IMG/VR virus record: IMGVR_UViG_3300005617_000117
Location: 38,815-102,814 of that record
Reading direction: 5' to 3' (one strand)
Length of the DNA stretch: 64,000 bases
From: a virus
The position numbers were made by a program, and so were the translations under genes. Shown piece by piece: positions 39,547-48,881 of the stretch. Below the pieces are notes generated by a model. That model was not told where the DNA came from and made no database searches. It saw only the letters and a program-made list of their open reading frames with translations. How positions within the stretch are numbered: the stretch's first letter is position 1; the number at the start of each line of letters is the position of its first letter.

Positions 39547-40095
39547 ATGCGAGGAGTACAAATTTACCGTCCCAATAATGATATGACAAAGGGATGGGCC
39601 GTACAGTTTAATTTAGGCTTTGACCGTCGAGAGAATGTGGTTATTTTTATAGAAGCCGCACATCAGATCGGGCCCAAGCCAGCACCGGGCAGTACCGCCT
39701 CCCCATTTGATTGGGAGAATAAGATTCGATTCATGCTTAACTCCAATGAATTAGGGGCAATTGGGGCTTGTATTCGCGGCATTCATCGCAAGGACATTAA
39801 GTTTATTCACCAGACGGGCGAAGGCGACAAACAGAAGCTAGGCTCCTTCTCTTTGCAGGCTCCTCAAACCGATGAAGCAAAGCAGTATGGGAATTGGCGT
39901 CTTGAGTTGTTTACAAGACAAAACGGAGCAGATAAGCGTATTAACGCCTTTATTAGTCCAGCAGAGTTGTACCAAATCCTTATCTTGATCGACTTCTCAT
40001 TCATGAAGAACTTTGCCACGCCACCACGTAAGCGTGTTAAACCGGAGACTACAGATGTCCAAGATAATAGCGGCGACGGGTCACAGGCCGGATAA
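39547..40095 (+). CDS. Whirly-like single-stranded nucleic acid-binding protein
   Basis: FDWENKIRFMLNSNELG / KFIHQ / FISPAELYQI parallel the Whirly motifs YDWxxKxxFxLSxxEIG / EFFHD / PVTxAEF. Confidence 0.55.
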   Translation: MRGVQIYRPNNDMTKGWAVQFNLGFDRRENVVIFIEAAHQIGPKPAPGSTASPFDWENKIRFMLNSNELGAIGACIRGIHRKDIKFIHQTGEGDKQKLGSFSLQAPQTDEAKQYGNWRLELFTRQNGADKRINAFISPAELYQILILIDFSFMKNFATPPRKRVKPETTDVQDNSGDGSQAG

Positions 40096-40540
40096 GCTAG
40101 GTGGATACGACGAATCCAATCCTATTGCTGTAGCAGTTAAAAAGCATATCCGAGCATTTCTCCTATTACCAGAGAATAAGTCGGCTGTCGCCATATCTGG
40201 CATGGCATTGGGCGTCGATCAATGGTTTGCCGAAGCATGTATTGATTTGGGCATTCCATTTACTGCGGCCATTCCGTTTGAAGATATGCAAGTGAAATGG
40301 CCAAAAGCGTCTCAAGAAAGATTCGACCGTATATTCGCAAAGGCCGATAGTATTATTTATGTTTCGGGACCGGGATATGAGCCCTGGAAAATGCAAGTTC
40401 GTAATAAATGGATGGTGGATCACTGCACCGAGATTTTGGCCGTATGGAATGGAAGTAAAGGCGGCACAAATAACTGTCTAGAATACGCCAAGTCCATAAA
40501 TAAACCAATCACAATAATTGATCCAAGGACAATCACATGA
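40055..40540 (+). CDS. SLOG-superfamily protein (YpsA/DUF1273-like)
   Basis: ATGHRP, SGMALGVD, IPF, RNKWMVD, GGT. Confidence 0.85.
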   Translation: MSKIIAATGHRPDKLGGYDESNPIAVAVKKHIRAFLLLPENKSAVAISGMALGVDQWFAEACIDLGIPFTAAIPFEDMQVKWPKASQERFDRIFAKADSIIYVSGPGYEPWKMQVRNKWMVDHCTEILAVWNGSKGGTNNCLEYAKSINKPITIIDPRTIT

Positions 40541-40803
40541 TTACTTATGTCGAGTTAGTTTGCCCCGAATGCAATAAAAAGAGAATGATGCGAGAAGAGG
40601 GGCACAAGGTTTTGGACCGGAAAATTAAAAAGGAATTGCCCTCCGGCCAAACAATCGAACATTTCTATGATATTTGCGAAGTATGTGTGCGTCGCCTCAC
40701 AAAGTTATATTATACGCCCACTAAGGCGGATGCCAAGAAGGTGTTGGATGCCCTTGACGCGGGCCATTCCCTAGGAGACAAGAGCATTGAGGAACTTCTT
40801 TAA
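40537..40803 (+). CDS. Small zinc-finger protein
   Basis: CPEC...CEVC. Confidence 0.55.
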   Translation: MITYVELVCPECNKKRMMREEGHKVLDRKIKKELPSGQTIEHFYDICEVCVRRLTKLYYTPTKADAKKVLDALDAGHSLGDKSIEELL

Positions 40804-42020
40804 TGCCATACCACTCCAACTTTCAGCTTGACGATTTTCCAACCCCATACCTAACAACACATATCCCCAAAGAAGCCGACGTTATTATTGTCGGCGGCGG
40901 ACTGGCTGGCCTTTTAACTCTCTACTATCTCACGAAGTACACGAAACTCAGTGTCTATCTTTTAGAGGAGGGGGCTCTAGGCTTTCACGCCTCTGGTCGT
41001 GATATTGGCAGTGTCCATATGCTGGACTGGTTTTTGGCAAAGAAGTTAGTAGACAATCCAGAAGCGTACAAAAACTATATTCATTTGCTTAAAAGCAATC
41101 AAGACGAATTGCATAAACTAATTACGCACGAACAAATTCAGTGCGATTATGATAAGACCGGGGGCTTCTACGTTTCATCAGATGCAAAGGAGTCAGATTT
41201 TTTAATTAATCTGAACAAGACGCTATCAGCCATTGCCCCAAATGTTTTATGGCCAGCGAGAGTTGATGGCATTGCAACGATGCAACTCCTTGGTACTTCC
41301 TTCTTTATGGATTCTTTGTTCATTCCTAATGATTCGGTATTTTCAACGCAGAAATTTCTACATGGCGTGGCCAAGGTTTGCGAAAAGAACGAGCGTAGAA
41401 TCCTTACGAACTGCATTGTTGAAAATATTACACAGTCACAAGAAGGCATTAATATCCAAGTTAGAAATCGTGGCATGATTTCAACAAAAAATATAGTGTA
41501 TTGTACGGGGATATACACCGGCAAGGTTGTTCCCGGCGTAAACAAATTTCTATTAGCTCGTAAGCAGCACGTTATAGTTACTGAGAAGGTTGATAAAAAA
41601 CTTCTTGACAAATTGCCGCGTGCTGGTATAGTGTTCAATGGAATCAAATTAAAAGTTACCGATGATCGCGTGATGTTGCAAAGCCTGCCACTAAATTTGG
41701 CTGATCGCTTTTACGATGGCGAAATTAATATGCGGGCGTGCGACAATATGAAGAAGTTAATGCGACTAGTCTATCCCGAACTTAATAAGGTAGACGTAGA
41801 GTTTTTATGGAGTAAAATCACTTGCACAGGTGTTGATGGCCTACCAATATGTGGCGAAATTCATAATCGCCCCAAGGAATTTATCAATATTGGCTTTGGT
41901 ACATCTAATCTCAACTGTATCATGTTATGTGCAGCAGCAATTAAAGACATGATCGTTGGTAAATCAGTACCGGAACAACTAACTAAGTTATTCGATCCAC
42001 GAAGGGTAAACAATGTCTGA
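40803..42020 (+). CDS. FAD-dependent oxidoreductase (DAO/PuuB-like)
   Basis: DVIIVGGGLAG, E...GFHASGR, IVYCTG, DGLPICG, FDPRR. Confidence 0.82.
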   Translation: MPYHSNFQLDDFPTPYLTTHIPKEADVIIVGGGLAGLLTLYYLTKYTKLSVYLLEEGALGFHASGRDIGSVHMLDWFLAKKLVDNPEAYKNYIHLLKSNQDELHKLITHEQIQCDYDKTGGFYVSSDAKESDFLINLNKTLSAIAPNVLWPARVDGIATMQLLGTSFFMDSLFIPNDSVFSTQKFLHGVAKVCEKNERRILTNCIVENITQSQEGINIQVRNRGMISTKNIVYCTGIYTGKVVPGVNKFLLARKQHVIVTEKVDKKLLDKLPRAGIVFNGIKLKVTDDRVMLQSLPLNLADRFYDGEINMRACDNMKKLMRLVYPELNKVDVEFLWSKITCTGVDGLPICGEIHNRPKEFINIGFGTSNLNCIMLCAAAIKDMIVGKSVPEQLTKLFDPRRVNNV

Positions 42021-43926
42021 CGAAAAAGAGGGGCTTGTTCTTGGCGGTTTAGCAAAAGATATCTTCGCTTCTAGATACGCCATGTCGAACGAATTGTCCT
42101 GGGAAGAATGTGCCAAAAGAGTTTCCGAATCTATTTCCCAGGTAGAGCAAAACGATTGCCGGGTACAACATCAAAAGAACTTCTTTGATGCCATTAATAC
42201 TGGCAATTTTATGCCCGGTGGTCGTATTTTGTTTGGTGCCGGTCGCCCCAAATATAATATGTTAAATTGCTACCGTCTTCACCCGGACGATACGATCGAA
42301 TCGATTGGCCAAACGATCAAGGATATGTATCTTATTTCCTGCGGCGGTGGCGGTATAGGTTTTAACTTCTCATCAATTCGTCCCAAGGGCGATGATATCC
42401 AGAATATTAAGTGGAGTGCTCCTGGCTCAGTCTCTAACATGCAAATGATTAATGAGATTGGCGAGCACGTTAGGGCTGGCAAGAATCGAAGAACCGCCCT
42501 CATTAGTATTCTTAATGTAGATCATCCCGACCTTCTAGAATTCCTGCATGTTAAGCTCGATCTGCACGAACTAAATAACTTTAATATTTCTATTGGTGTT
42601 ACTAACGAATTTTTAGAGGCCGTCCGGGAAAACAAAGAGTGGAAGTTTAAGTTTAACAATCGTCAGTACCATCTTTATCAGATGAAGCGTAAGTCCGAAC
42701 TAAGCGATGATGTTATTAGAGTTCCAGCCCTATCGCCAGAGGATGCGATTGGTCGTGCCAAGTATCACTTCCGCAAACATCAGAATGACGAGTTCTCAGA
42801 CGTTAAGTGCGTTAAGTTGATGGCCAAGGAAATTTGGGACTTGATGATTAAGAATTCTTGGACTTGTGGCGATCCGGGAATCTATAACATTTCCATGTCC
42901 AATTCGTATACCAACGTTAGTTATTTCGAGACACTAGATTCGCCCAATCCTTGCGGCGAAATTCCATTACCGGCTTATGGCAATTGTTGTCTTGGGCACG
43001 TTAATCTTTCTAATATGTATGATGAGGAAAAGAATGATGTTAACTGGAAGAAGTTCGCCCATACTATTCAAGTTGGTATCCGATTCTTGGACGATGTACT
43101 TTCAGCCAATCACTATCCTATTCCAGAGTGCAAGATGGTTGGCGAAAAGAGCCGCCGCATTGGTTTGGGAGTAACTGGCTTACATTATCTACTATTAAAA
43201 CTTGGTTTAAAGTATGGCGATAAGAAGTGCGTAGAATTCTTAGATAGATTATTTGCAACATTTAGAAATGAAGCCTATTTAGCGTCTATTGAACTTGCTA
43301 AAGAAAAGGGAAGCTTCCCGGCTTTTGACGCTCATAAATATGGCAAAGAGGAATTCTTTAAACAGCTTCCTCCTCGTATCCAGGCTTCAATAAAGAAGAA
43401 TGGCATCCGCAATGCAGTAATGTTAACGATAGCTCCCTGCGGAACGAACTCAATGGTCTTGGGCGTGTCTTCTGGCGTTGAACCAATATTCGCCCCAATC
43501 TACGAAAGATCCTTCCGGGATAAGACCGTCTGGAAAAAGGAAATTGTAATCGATGGCCTATTCGAGAATTTTTATCACAACAAGAAATCATTGAAGCATT
43601 TCGTATCAGCATATGATGTAAGCGTAGAACAGCACATCATCGTGCAAGCCACTATTCAGAAGTATATTGATTCCGCTATCAGTAAGACAACTAACTTACC
43701 AGAAGACTATCCTGTAGATCAGTTGGGACAGGTTATTCTTGATTACGCACAGTATGTTAAAGGCTTTACGATTTATCGCACTAATAGTCGCGGACTTGAG
43801 CCTCTTAAGCCAATTAAGTATTCTTCCCAGGAAGAACTAAAGAATTTGATGGATAAGAATCGTTCAACTGCGGCAGAATCTATGTCAGCGTGCAAAGATG
43901 GAGCCTGTGAATTTACGCCGCATTAA
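42013..43926 (+). CDS. nrdJ: Ribonucleotide reductase, probably class II (B12-dependent)
   Basis: PGGRIL, NCY, GGGIG, HPD, NPCGEIPL, CCLG, RRIGLG, TIAP, C-terminal CKDGAC; no beta-subunit gene nearby. Confidence 0.88.
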   Translation: MSDEKEGLVLGGLAKDIFASRYAMSNELSWEECAKRVSESISQVEQNDCRVQHQKNFFDAINTGNFMPGGRILFGAGRPKYNMLNCYRLHPDDTIESIGQTIKDMYLISCGGGGIGFNFSSIRPKGDDIQNIKWSAPGSVSNMQMINEIGEHVRAGKNRRTALISILNVDHPDLLEFLHVKLDLHELNNFNISIGVTNEFLEAVRENKEWKFKFNNRQYHLYQMKRKSELSDDVIRVPALSPEDAIGRAKYHFRKHQNDEFSDVKCVKLMAKEIWDLMIKNSWTCGDPGIYNISMSNSYTNVSYFETLDSPNPCGEIPLPAYGNCCLGHVNLSNMYDEEKNDVNWKKFAHTIQVGIRFLDDVLSANHYPIPECKMVGEKSRRIGLGVTGLHYLLLKLGLKYGDKKCVEFLDRLFATFRNEAYLASIELAKEKGSFPAFDAHKYGKEEFFKQLPPRIQASIKKNGIRNAVMLTIAPCGTNSMVLGVSSGVEPIFAPIYERSFRDKTVWKKEIVIDGLFENFYHNKKSLKHFVSAYDVSVEQHIIVQATIQKYIDSAISKTTNLPEDYPVDQLGQVILDYAQYVKGFTIYRTNSRGLEPLKPIKYSSQEELKNLMDKNRSTAAESMSACKDGACEFTPH

Positions 43927-43939
43927 TTTGGAGATAGGC

Positions 43940-44257
43940 ATGTCGAATCCGACCGTTCCGTTTAAAATTATTCATCCCACCGGGAAAGATGGTAAAGAAG
44001 ATCGTCAACTGGCGATTATTACATTGAATAAGCGTCTTGATAAGACTCCGTTTGGATCAGCACAAACGGTCTTCCATAAAATAATGCAGATTGATGGTGT
44101 AGATAGTGTTCAGGCATTGGGCACATATACTATGCAGATGGTTCTTGCTAACACGTTTAATTATGATGAAGTTTATGCTGAGCTTGCACCATTGCTTGAA
44201 CAACTAACATCAAGCCTGCTTGTCGTGCAGAAGCCAAATGCCAAACTTAGCATTTAA
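43940..44257 (+). CDS. Hypothetical protein
   Basis: GGAG RBS; IDGVDSV motif. Confidence 0.55.
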   Translation: MSNPTVPFKIIHPTGKDGKEDRQLAIITLNKRLDKTPFGSAQTVFHKIMQIDGVDSVQALGTYTMQMVLANTFNYDEVYAELAPLLEQLTSSLLVVQKPNAKLSI

Positions 44258-44528
44258 TGAGCCGATTCCGCAACGAGTCTTTCCCTGCCTATACTGCAAT
44301 AAATGCAAAAAAGATTCGCCAGTAATCATTGTTTATTTGGATTCGCCCAAGTCTAATGAGGTCGAATTAATATTCTGTCCAGTGTGCTTAGATATTCTAA
44401 GCAATAAATTCTACGGTCAAATCGAGTGGTTGACAAGAGATAGTATAGGCCAACGTACAGGATGTTGGTACGGCTATAAACCCACGAGATTCAATCCAAA
44501 GGCACGCATGAATCTTTATGGCAAATGA
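44238..44528 (+). CDS. Small zinc-binding protein
   Basis: CNKC...CPVC. Confidence 0.5.
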   Translation: MPNLAFNEPIPQRVFPCLYCNKCKKDSPVIIVYLDSPKSNEVELIFCPVCLDILSNKFYGQIEWLTRDSIGQRTGCWYGYKPTRFNPKARMNLYGK

Positions 44529-44967
44529 ACAGTGGGATAAGCGATTTCTAGATTTAGCCCTATTGATTGCGTCTTGGAGTAAAGATCCGAGCACCCAGGT
44601 AGGTGCCATTATTGTAGATGGCTTAAATCGCGTCAAGGGCGTAGGCTTTAATGGATTTGCTCGTGGTATTAAAGACGCCAATCCTTTGCTCAAGGATCGT
44701 AAATCAAAATTAGATCGGATGATCCACGCGGAAATTAATGCCGTTCTAAATTCGCCCTCAAACCTTGATGGCTGCACGATATATCTCACGATACCTCCGT
44801 GCAATATGTGTGCCAACTTTCTTATTCAGGCGGGTATTAAAAGAATCGTTTGGTTCACGCCATCTGACGAATTAATACAACGTTGGGGCGAGAGTTGGGC
44901 ATTAACATACGACTTACTATGTGAGGCAGGCATCAAGACAACGGAGTATGCCAAAGATGATATTTGA
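44518..44967 (+). CDS. dCMP deaminase
   Basis: SKDPSTQVGA, GFNG, HAEINA, PCNMC. Confidence 0.92.
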   Translation: MANEQWDKRFLDLALLIASWSKDPSTQVGAIIVDGLNRVKGVGFNGFARGIKDANPLLKDRKSKLDRMIHAEINAVLNSPSNLDGCTIYLTIPPCNMCANFLIQAGIKRIVWFTPSDELIQRWGESWALTYDLLCEAGIKTTEYAKDDI

Positions 44968-45457
44968 AATTGCATTAGGCGTTTTACTTGCATATATTAT
45001 TTATCTTCGTCTTACTAGAGAAGTTATTATCGATGCCGATGGTAGTCCTTATCTCATCAGATACTTTCTTTTTAAGAGCAGGAAGTTTGGTAGACTCTTG
45101 TTACATCATATTGTAAGATCAGATTATGATAGAGCCCTGCACAGCCATCCGTGGGCATTTAAGAGTTTTATTTTATGGGGCGGTTACTTTGAGATCGCTG
45201 ATAGTAGACAACTAGAGACTTTTCAAGAAGGTTGGAAGCGTTATAGGGAACTTCAGAGGATCAAGTGGTGGAAGCCCTTATCACTTTTATCGAATAAAGA
45301 TTATTGGATTCACAGAATAGTATTGCCAAAAGGTAAAACGGCGTGGACAATCGTAAGAAATTATCCTAAATCAAAAGAATGGGGCTTTTGGATTACCCCA
45401 TACGATTTCTGCCATCATAAAAACTATAGTACAAAAACAGGACTATGTGAAGTATGA
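44957..45457 (+). CDS. Hypothetical phage protein (N-terminal hydrophobic segment, cupin-like His motifs)
   Basis: PYLIRY, LHH...D.DRALHSHPW, GGYFE, HRI, WGF. Confidence 0.6.
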   Translation: MIFEIALGVLLAYIIYLRLTREVIIDADGSPYLIRYFLFKSRKFGRLLLHHIVRSDYDRALHSHPWAFKSFILWGGYFEIADSRQLETFQEGWKRYRELQRIKWWKPLSLLSNKDYWIHRIVLPKGKTAWTIVRNYPKSKEWGFWITPYDFCHHKNYSTKTGLCEV

Positions 45458-46131
45458 CGCAAGTATTAGATAACGGCTATGTAATTCTTAAAGACGTTTG
45501 GGGTGGTGACGAACGTATTATTGAAGCCGCTCGTATGTCGAGTGGCAAAGGTTTCTTGGGTTGGGGCACGCCAGAAAAGCCAGGAGACGAAAAGCTATTA
45601 AAGTATTTATGGAAGAATAAGCACACTAGCCCTTTCGAACAGTGCGGTTTAACTGTTGAAGTCCAGGCTCCTATAATGGTCTTCCGCGAGTGGCATCGCC
45701 ACAGAACACAGAGCTATAACGAAATGTCTGGCCGTTATACACAAATTCCAGATATTCATTATTTGCCGGAACCTTCCAGAGTCAAGGCACAGTCTAAAGC
45801 TAATAAACAAGGAACAGGAGATCAGGAGTTGCCACCGGAAATAGTGGCAGAATTCCTTAGTCGTGTTAAGGCCGAGCAAGATCAGATTTACGCCACCTAT
45901 CAGTGGGCTCTAGATCACGGTATTGCCAAGGAAGTCGCACGAATCAATACTCCCATTTCCAGATATTCTAGAATGGTAGCATCTGCAAATCTATTGAATT
46001 GGTTAAAGTTTTTGACGTTACGAATGCCCGAGGCTGCCCAATGGGAGATCAGACAGTTTGCAAACGAAGTAGCAAAGATCGTGGCCGAGAAGTTTCCTAG
46101 AACATGGGAACTATTTATTAACAAGGAATAA
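45454..46131 (+). CDS. thyX: Flavin-dependent thymidylate synthase
   Basis: AARMS, HTSPFE, RHRTQSYNEMSGRY, EVAR, AQWEIR. Confidence 0.95.
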   Translation: MTQVLDNGYVILKDVWGGDERIIEAARMSSGKGFLGWGTPEKPGDEKLLKYLWKNKHTSPFEQCGLTVEVQAPIMVFREWHRHRTQSYNEMSGRYTQIPDIHYLPEPSRVKAQSKANKQGTGDQELPPEIVAEFLSRVKAEQDQIYATYQWALDHGIAKEVARINTPISRYSRMVASANLLNWLKFLTLRMPEAAQWEIRQFANEVAKIVAEKFPRTWELFINKE

Positions 46132-46133
46132 TT

Positions 46134-48269
46134 ATGCTCAGTTTATTACTCGCCCTAGTTCTAGCGTGCCCACAGTCAATTGATATTACGCCTAAATTAG
46201 TTCATATTCCGGCAGACAAAACGGCTGCCGGTACGTGGCCCAACTGGGATATGACGAACGTTGGATATACTTCTTATACCATTACATATAATTCTGGACC
46301 CAACGGGTTCTTAGCAAATGGTTTCATTGAAGTGGGATTTGGTTACGACCTCAAAGATGATGGTGTAACAAACGATCCTCATTACACGAGCAATCTCGAC
46401 TACATTATTATTCCTAATGATGGAGCTAGAGTAAGTCCGGTAGATCAATTTCAGATTTCTACTCCAAACGCAGCCAATTACGTTACTGTTTCTGCACCAG
46501 TCAACGTAACACTATCGTTAATACATAATTCGCACCCCGCCGAAAGAATGTTGAGAGTAACGTTTAATGCGGTAATGCCTGGAAATAGCACAGTTACCAT
46601 TACTTTCGGAGACACTTCTCAAGGCGGCCCAGGAGCATTACTACCTTGGAATCCTGGCAGACCTCGCCTCATTTGTTTTGAAAAACGTAATCCAAATAGC
46701 ACTCTGGTTGTGACGCAGCAGGATTTCCCCATCGTTCTATTTACAGCACAAACTGCTACGGCTTTCGTTGTAAACGCTCCGCTTGTAGTAGAAGTGGAAC
46801 AACCGTTTGAATTTATTGTACAGGCCGTCCAAGGTCGTGATGTTGGTCCAGACGCAGGCATGTCTCCAGTAGAAGATTTTACTGGTACTATTAATTGGTC
46901 AGCCGCAAATACTACGCTTTTCGGCTCACAAACCGATAGAACATTTAAAAGAATTGACCGTGGAGTTAAACGATACATTGGGATATGTCACTCTTTAGGG
47001 TTTACTAATATTGCTATTGATGCCGATGGTAGTAGTCAAGTTGCCAGTTCTGCAACAACGCTATCATATAGCAACCAAATAAAAGTGGTTCCTACTGGCT
47101 CTCCAGACAGGATTTACGTAGGAGATTTACAGAGACATTCTTGCGAAGGTGGCCATGCCGCCATTCCCGACTGGATGTGTTGGCGTGAACTCTATAGCTT
47201 GGGTGACGATTTCGGTACGGTGGTCGAGCATTCAGAGCTATTTTTCTTTGGTTGGCAGCACGCCAATAAAATCGCTCAAGACGTACAAGCGGCCCATCCG
47301 AATTTCGTTGTTTTTCCCGGCTATGAATATGGATTACCGGGGGCACATCGCCATGTGATTTTTAAGACATTTACTACAGATCCGGCATTGGCCGCAGGCA
47401 CTTCTGCATCGGCAGAACTTCCTCCGCCAGTGGTTGCCCCAACAGTAACAGATTTCTTGAATAATCTTCATAATCCTCCTACACCTTCTATTCCAAGGAT
47501 TGCTATTATTCATCATCCCCTATGGGACAAGTCGAATTTCCCTAATGCTCCGTTTGAATGGGGCCCCGATCTCGATGACTCTGTGCAGCGATTAGTTGAG
47601 ATTTATAGCACGCACGGTTCATCCGAAGTCAATCATACAAATCCTGGCCCATTTGATTATCCTATTGCTCATGACGCAGTTAACGGCGAAAGACCGGCAT
47701 CAGAGAACGCTTCTGTACGGGCCGCACTAAGCATGGGATATCGCTATGGTATTATTTGTGGTAGCGATAGACACGGCTACTACAGAAGTCAAAACGCTAA
47801 CGATGACGGTGCTGGCCCTTATACGAGGGCGGGCCTAGCTTTCGTTCATAGCCTTGAAGCTGGTTTGAGCACTAGAGATCGTATCTGGAATGGCTTCGAG
47901 AATCGTCATACGTATGGAACAACTGGCTCACGCATATATCTGAATTTCACAGCAAATGGATCATCTGTAGGTATGGGCGACCTTTATGATGGCCAAGACT
48001 TTCCTATCTTTAATATAGAAGTTGCTGCCGCCGGTCTAGCTCTGGATCATATTCCTAATATCACGGAAGTATCCATTATTCTAGATGGTACAAGCGTGGT
48101 GGTGGATTTTAATTATCCTGGGCAACCATTAGTCAATCAGAATTGGGTAGACCCCAACCCGATTAGAGACGGCCAATATCACTCTTATTATGTTAAAGTC
48201 CTACAGGATGACGGTCAAACGGCTTGGTCAAGCCCCATTTGGGTCAACCTTTCTCCCCAGGACCATTAG
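46134..48269 (+). CDS. Secreted PHP-family metallohydrolase (DUF3604/CehA-like)
   Basis: Hydrophobic N-terminus (LLLALVLAC); GDLQRHS, EHS, GYEY, HRHV, HHP, VEIYSTHG, GSDRH, TYGTTG, YYVKV.Q.DG..AWSSPIW. Confidence 0.75.
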   Translation: MLSLLLALVLACPQSIDITPKLVHIPADKTAAGTWPNWDMTNVGYTSYTITYNSGPNGFLANGFIEVGFGYDLKDDGVTNDPHYTSNLDYIIIPNDGARVSPVDQFQISTPNAANYVTVSAPVNVTLSLIHNSHPAERMLRVTFNAVMPGNSTVTITFGDTSQGGPGALLPWNPGRPRLICFEKRNPNSTLVVTQQDFPIVLFTAQTATAFVVNAPLVVEVEQPFEFIVQAVQGRDVGPDAGMSPVEDFTGTINWSAANTTLFGSQTDRTFKRIDRGVKRYIGICHSLGFTNIAIDADGSSQVASSATTLSYSNQIKVVPTGSPDRIYVGDLQRHSCEGGHAAIPDWMCWRELYSLGDDFGTVVEHSELFFFGWQHANKIAQDVQAAHPNFVVFPGYEYGLPGAHRHVIFKTFTTDPALAAGTSASAELPPPVVAPTVTDFLNNLHNPPTPSIPRIAIIHHPLWDKSNFPNAPFEWGPDLDDSVQRLVEIYSTHGSSEVNHTNPGPFDYPIAHDAVNGERPASENASVRAALSMGYRYGIICGSDRHGYYRSQNANDDGAGPYTRAGLAFVHSLEAGLSTRDRIWNGFENRHTYGTTGSRIYLNFTANGSSVGMGDLYDGQDFPIFNIEVAAAGLALDHIPNITEVSIILDGTSVVVDFNYPGQPLVNQNWVDPNPIRDGQYHSYYVKVLQDDGQTAWSSPIWVNLSPQDH

Positions 48270-48280
48270 TGTATTTAGAC
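48268..48280 (+). promoter_or_regulatory. Candidate phage late-promoter motif AGTGTA
   Basis: AGTGTATTTAGAC overlaps the upstream TAG, as at 3650. Confidence 0.4.
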
Positions 48281-48365
48281 AGGCGGTATCTAGTCTAGGT
48301 AGCGTCTGGTGAATTAAAATTCCTTGATTTTCTCCGGCCGCACCGTCTTTAGTAGGAGAAAGTCA
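48272..48365 (+). ncRNA. Candidate structured RNA leader, copy 2, with SD-sequestering hairpin
   Basis: P1 TATTTAGAC (48272-48280)/GTCTAGGTA (48293-48301); AGG-CGGTA-TCT (48281-48291); TGATTTTCTCC (48325-48335) pairs with GGAGAAAGTCA (48355-48365), covering the RBS and the A of the ATG. Confidence 0.5.
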
Positions 48366-48853
48366 TGCCGAGAGAAACTTCCGCCCTAATGGGGTCTGGA
48401 ACAGTCCCATATACTGCGGCCATTCTACATACAACGCTTGGTGGTACATTTGCTGGTACGTTAAGTGCCGGTGCGTCCGATGGACGCGGCGTTCGTACGG
48501 GAACGCAAGTCGTTGTTGCCAATCCAGAAGACCTTGTGTCCGTGCCAGTCATCCGTTGCTCAGGCATTACTGTTGGCACAGGGGCCGCTGTGAATATTTT
48601 AAGTCAATCAAGCCATGACGCTATTTTAAAGCGTGGTCGAATGGCTGAAATCGAGAATCTTGGCCCCGGCGATCTATTTATTGGTGGAACGGCCAATGTC
48701 ACTGCTGGCCTAGCTGGTGAATCTGGATTTAAGCTATTGGCTCCAGCGACCAACATTCCCCCACAAAGAGTCAAGATTCCGATTATGAATGGTGCCGACA
48801 TATGGGCCATCGCTCTAACGAGTGCTGCGGACGTAAGAATTCTGCTTTACTAA
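48365..48853 (+). CDS. Putative small virion protein (paralog of 48882)
   Basis: Shared GSGT.P, DGR, RTGT, NPED, N.GPG.(L/M)(F/Y)IG..NVT and D.RIL blocks. Confidence 0.55.
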   Translation: MPRETSALMGSGTVPYTAAILHTTLGGTFAGTLSAGASDGRGVRTGTQVVVANPEDLVSVPVIRCSGITVGTGAAVNILSQSSHDAILKRGRMAEIENLGPGDLFIGGTANVTAGLAGESGFKLLAPATNIPPQRVKIPIMNGADIWAIALTSAADVRILLY

Positions 48854-48881
48854 GTCGCATTCCAACTAAAGGAGGGCGGCT

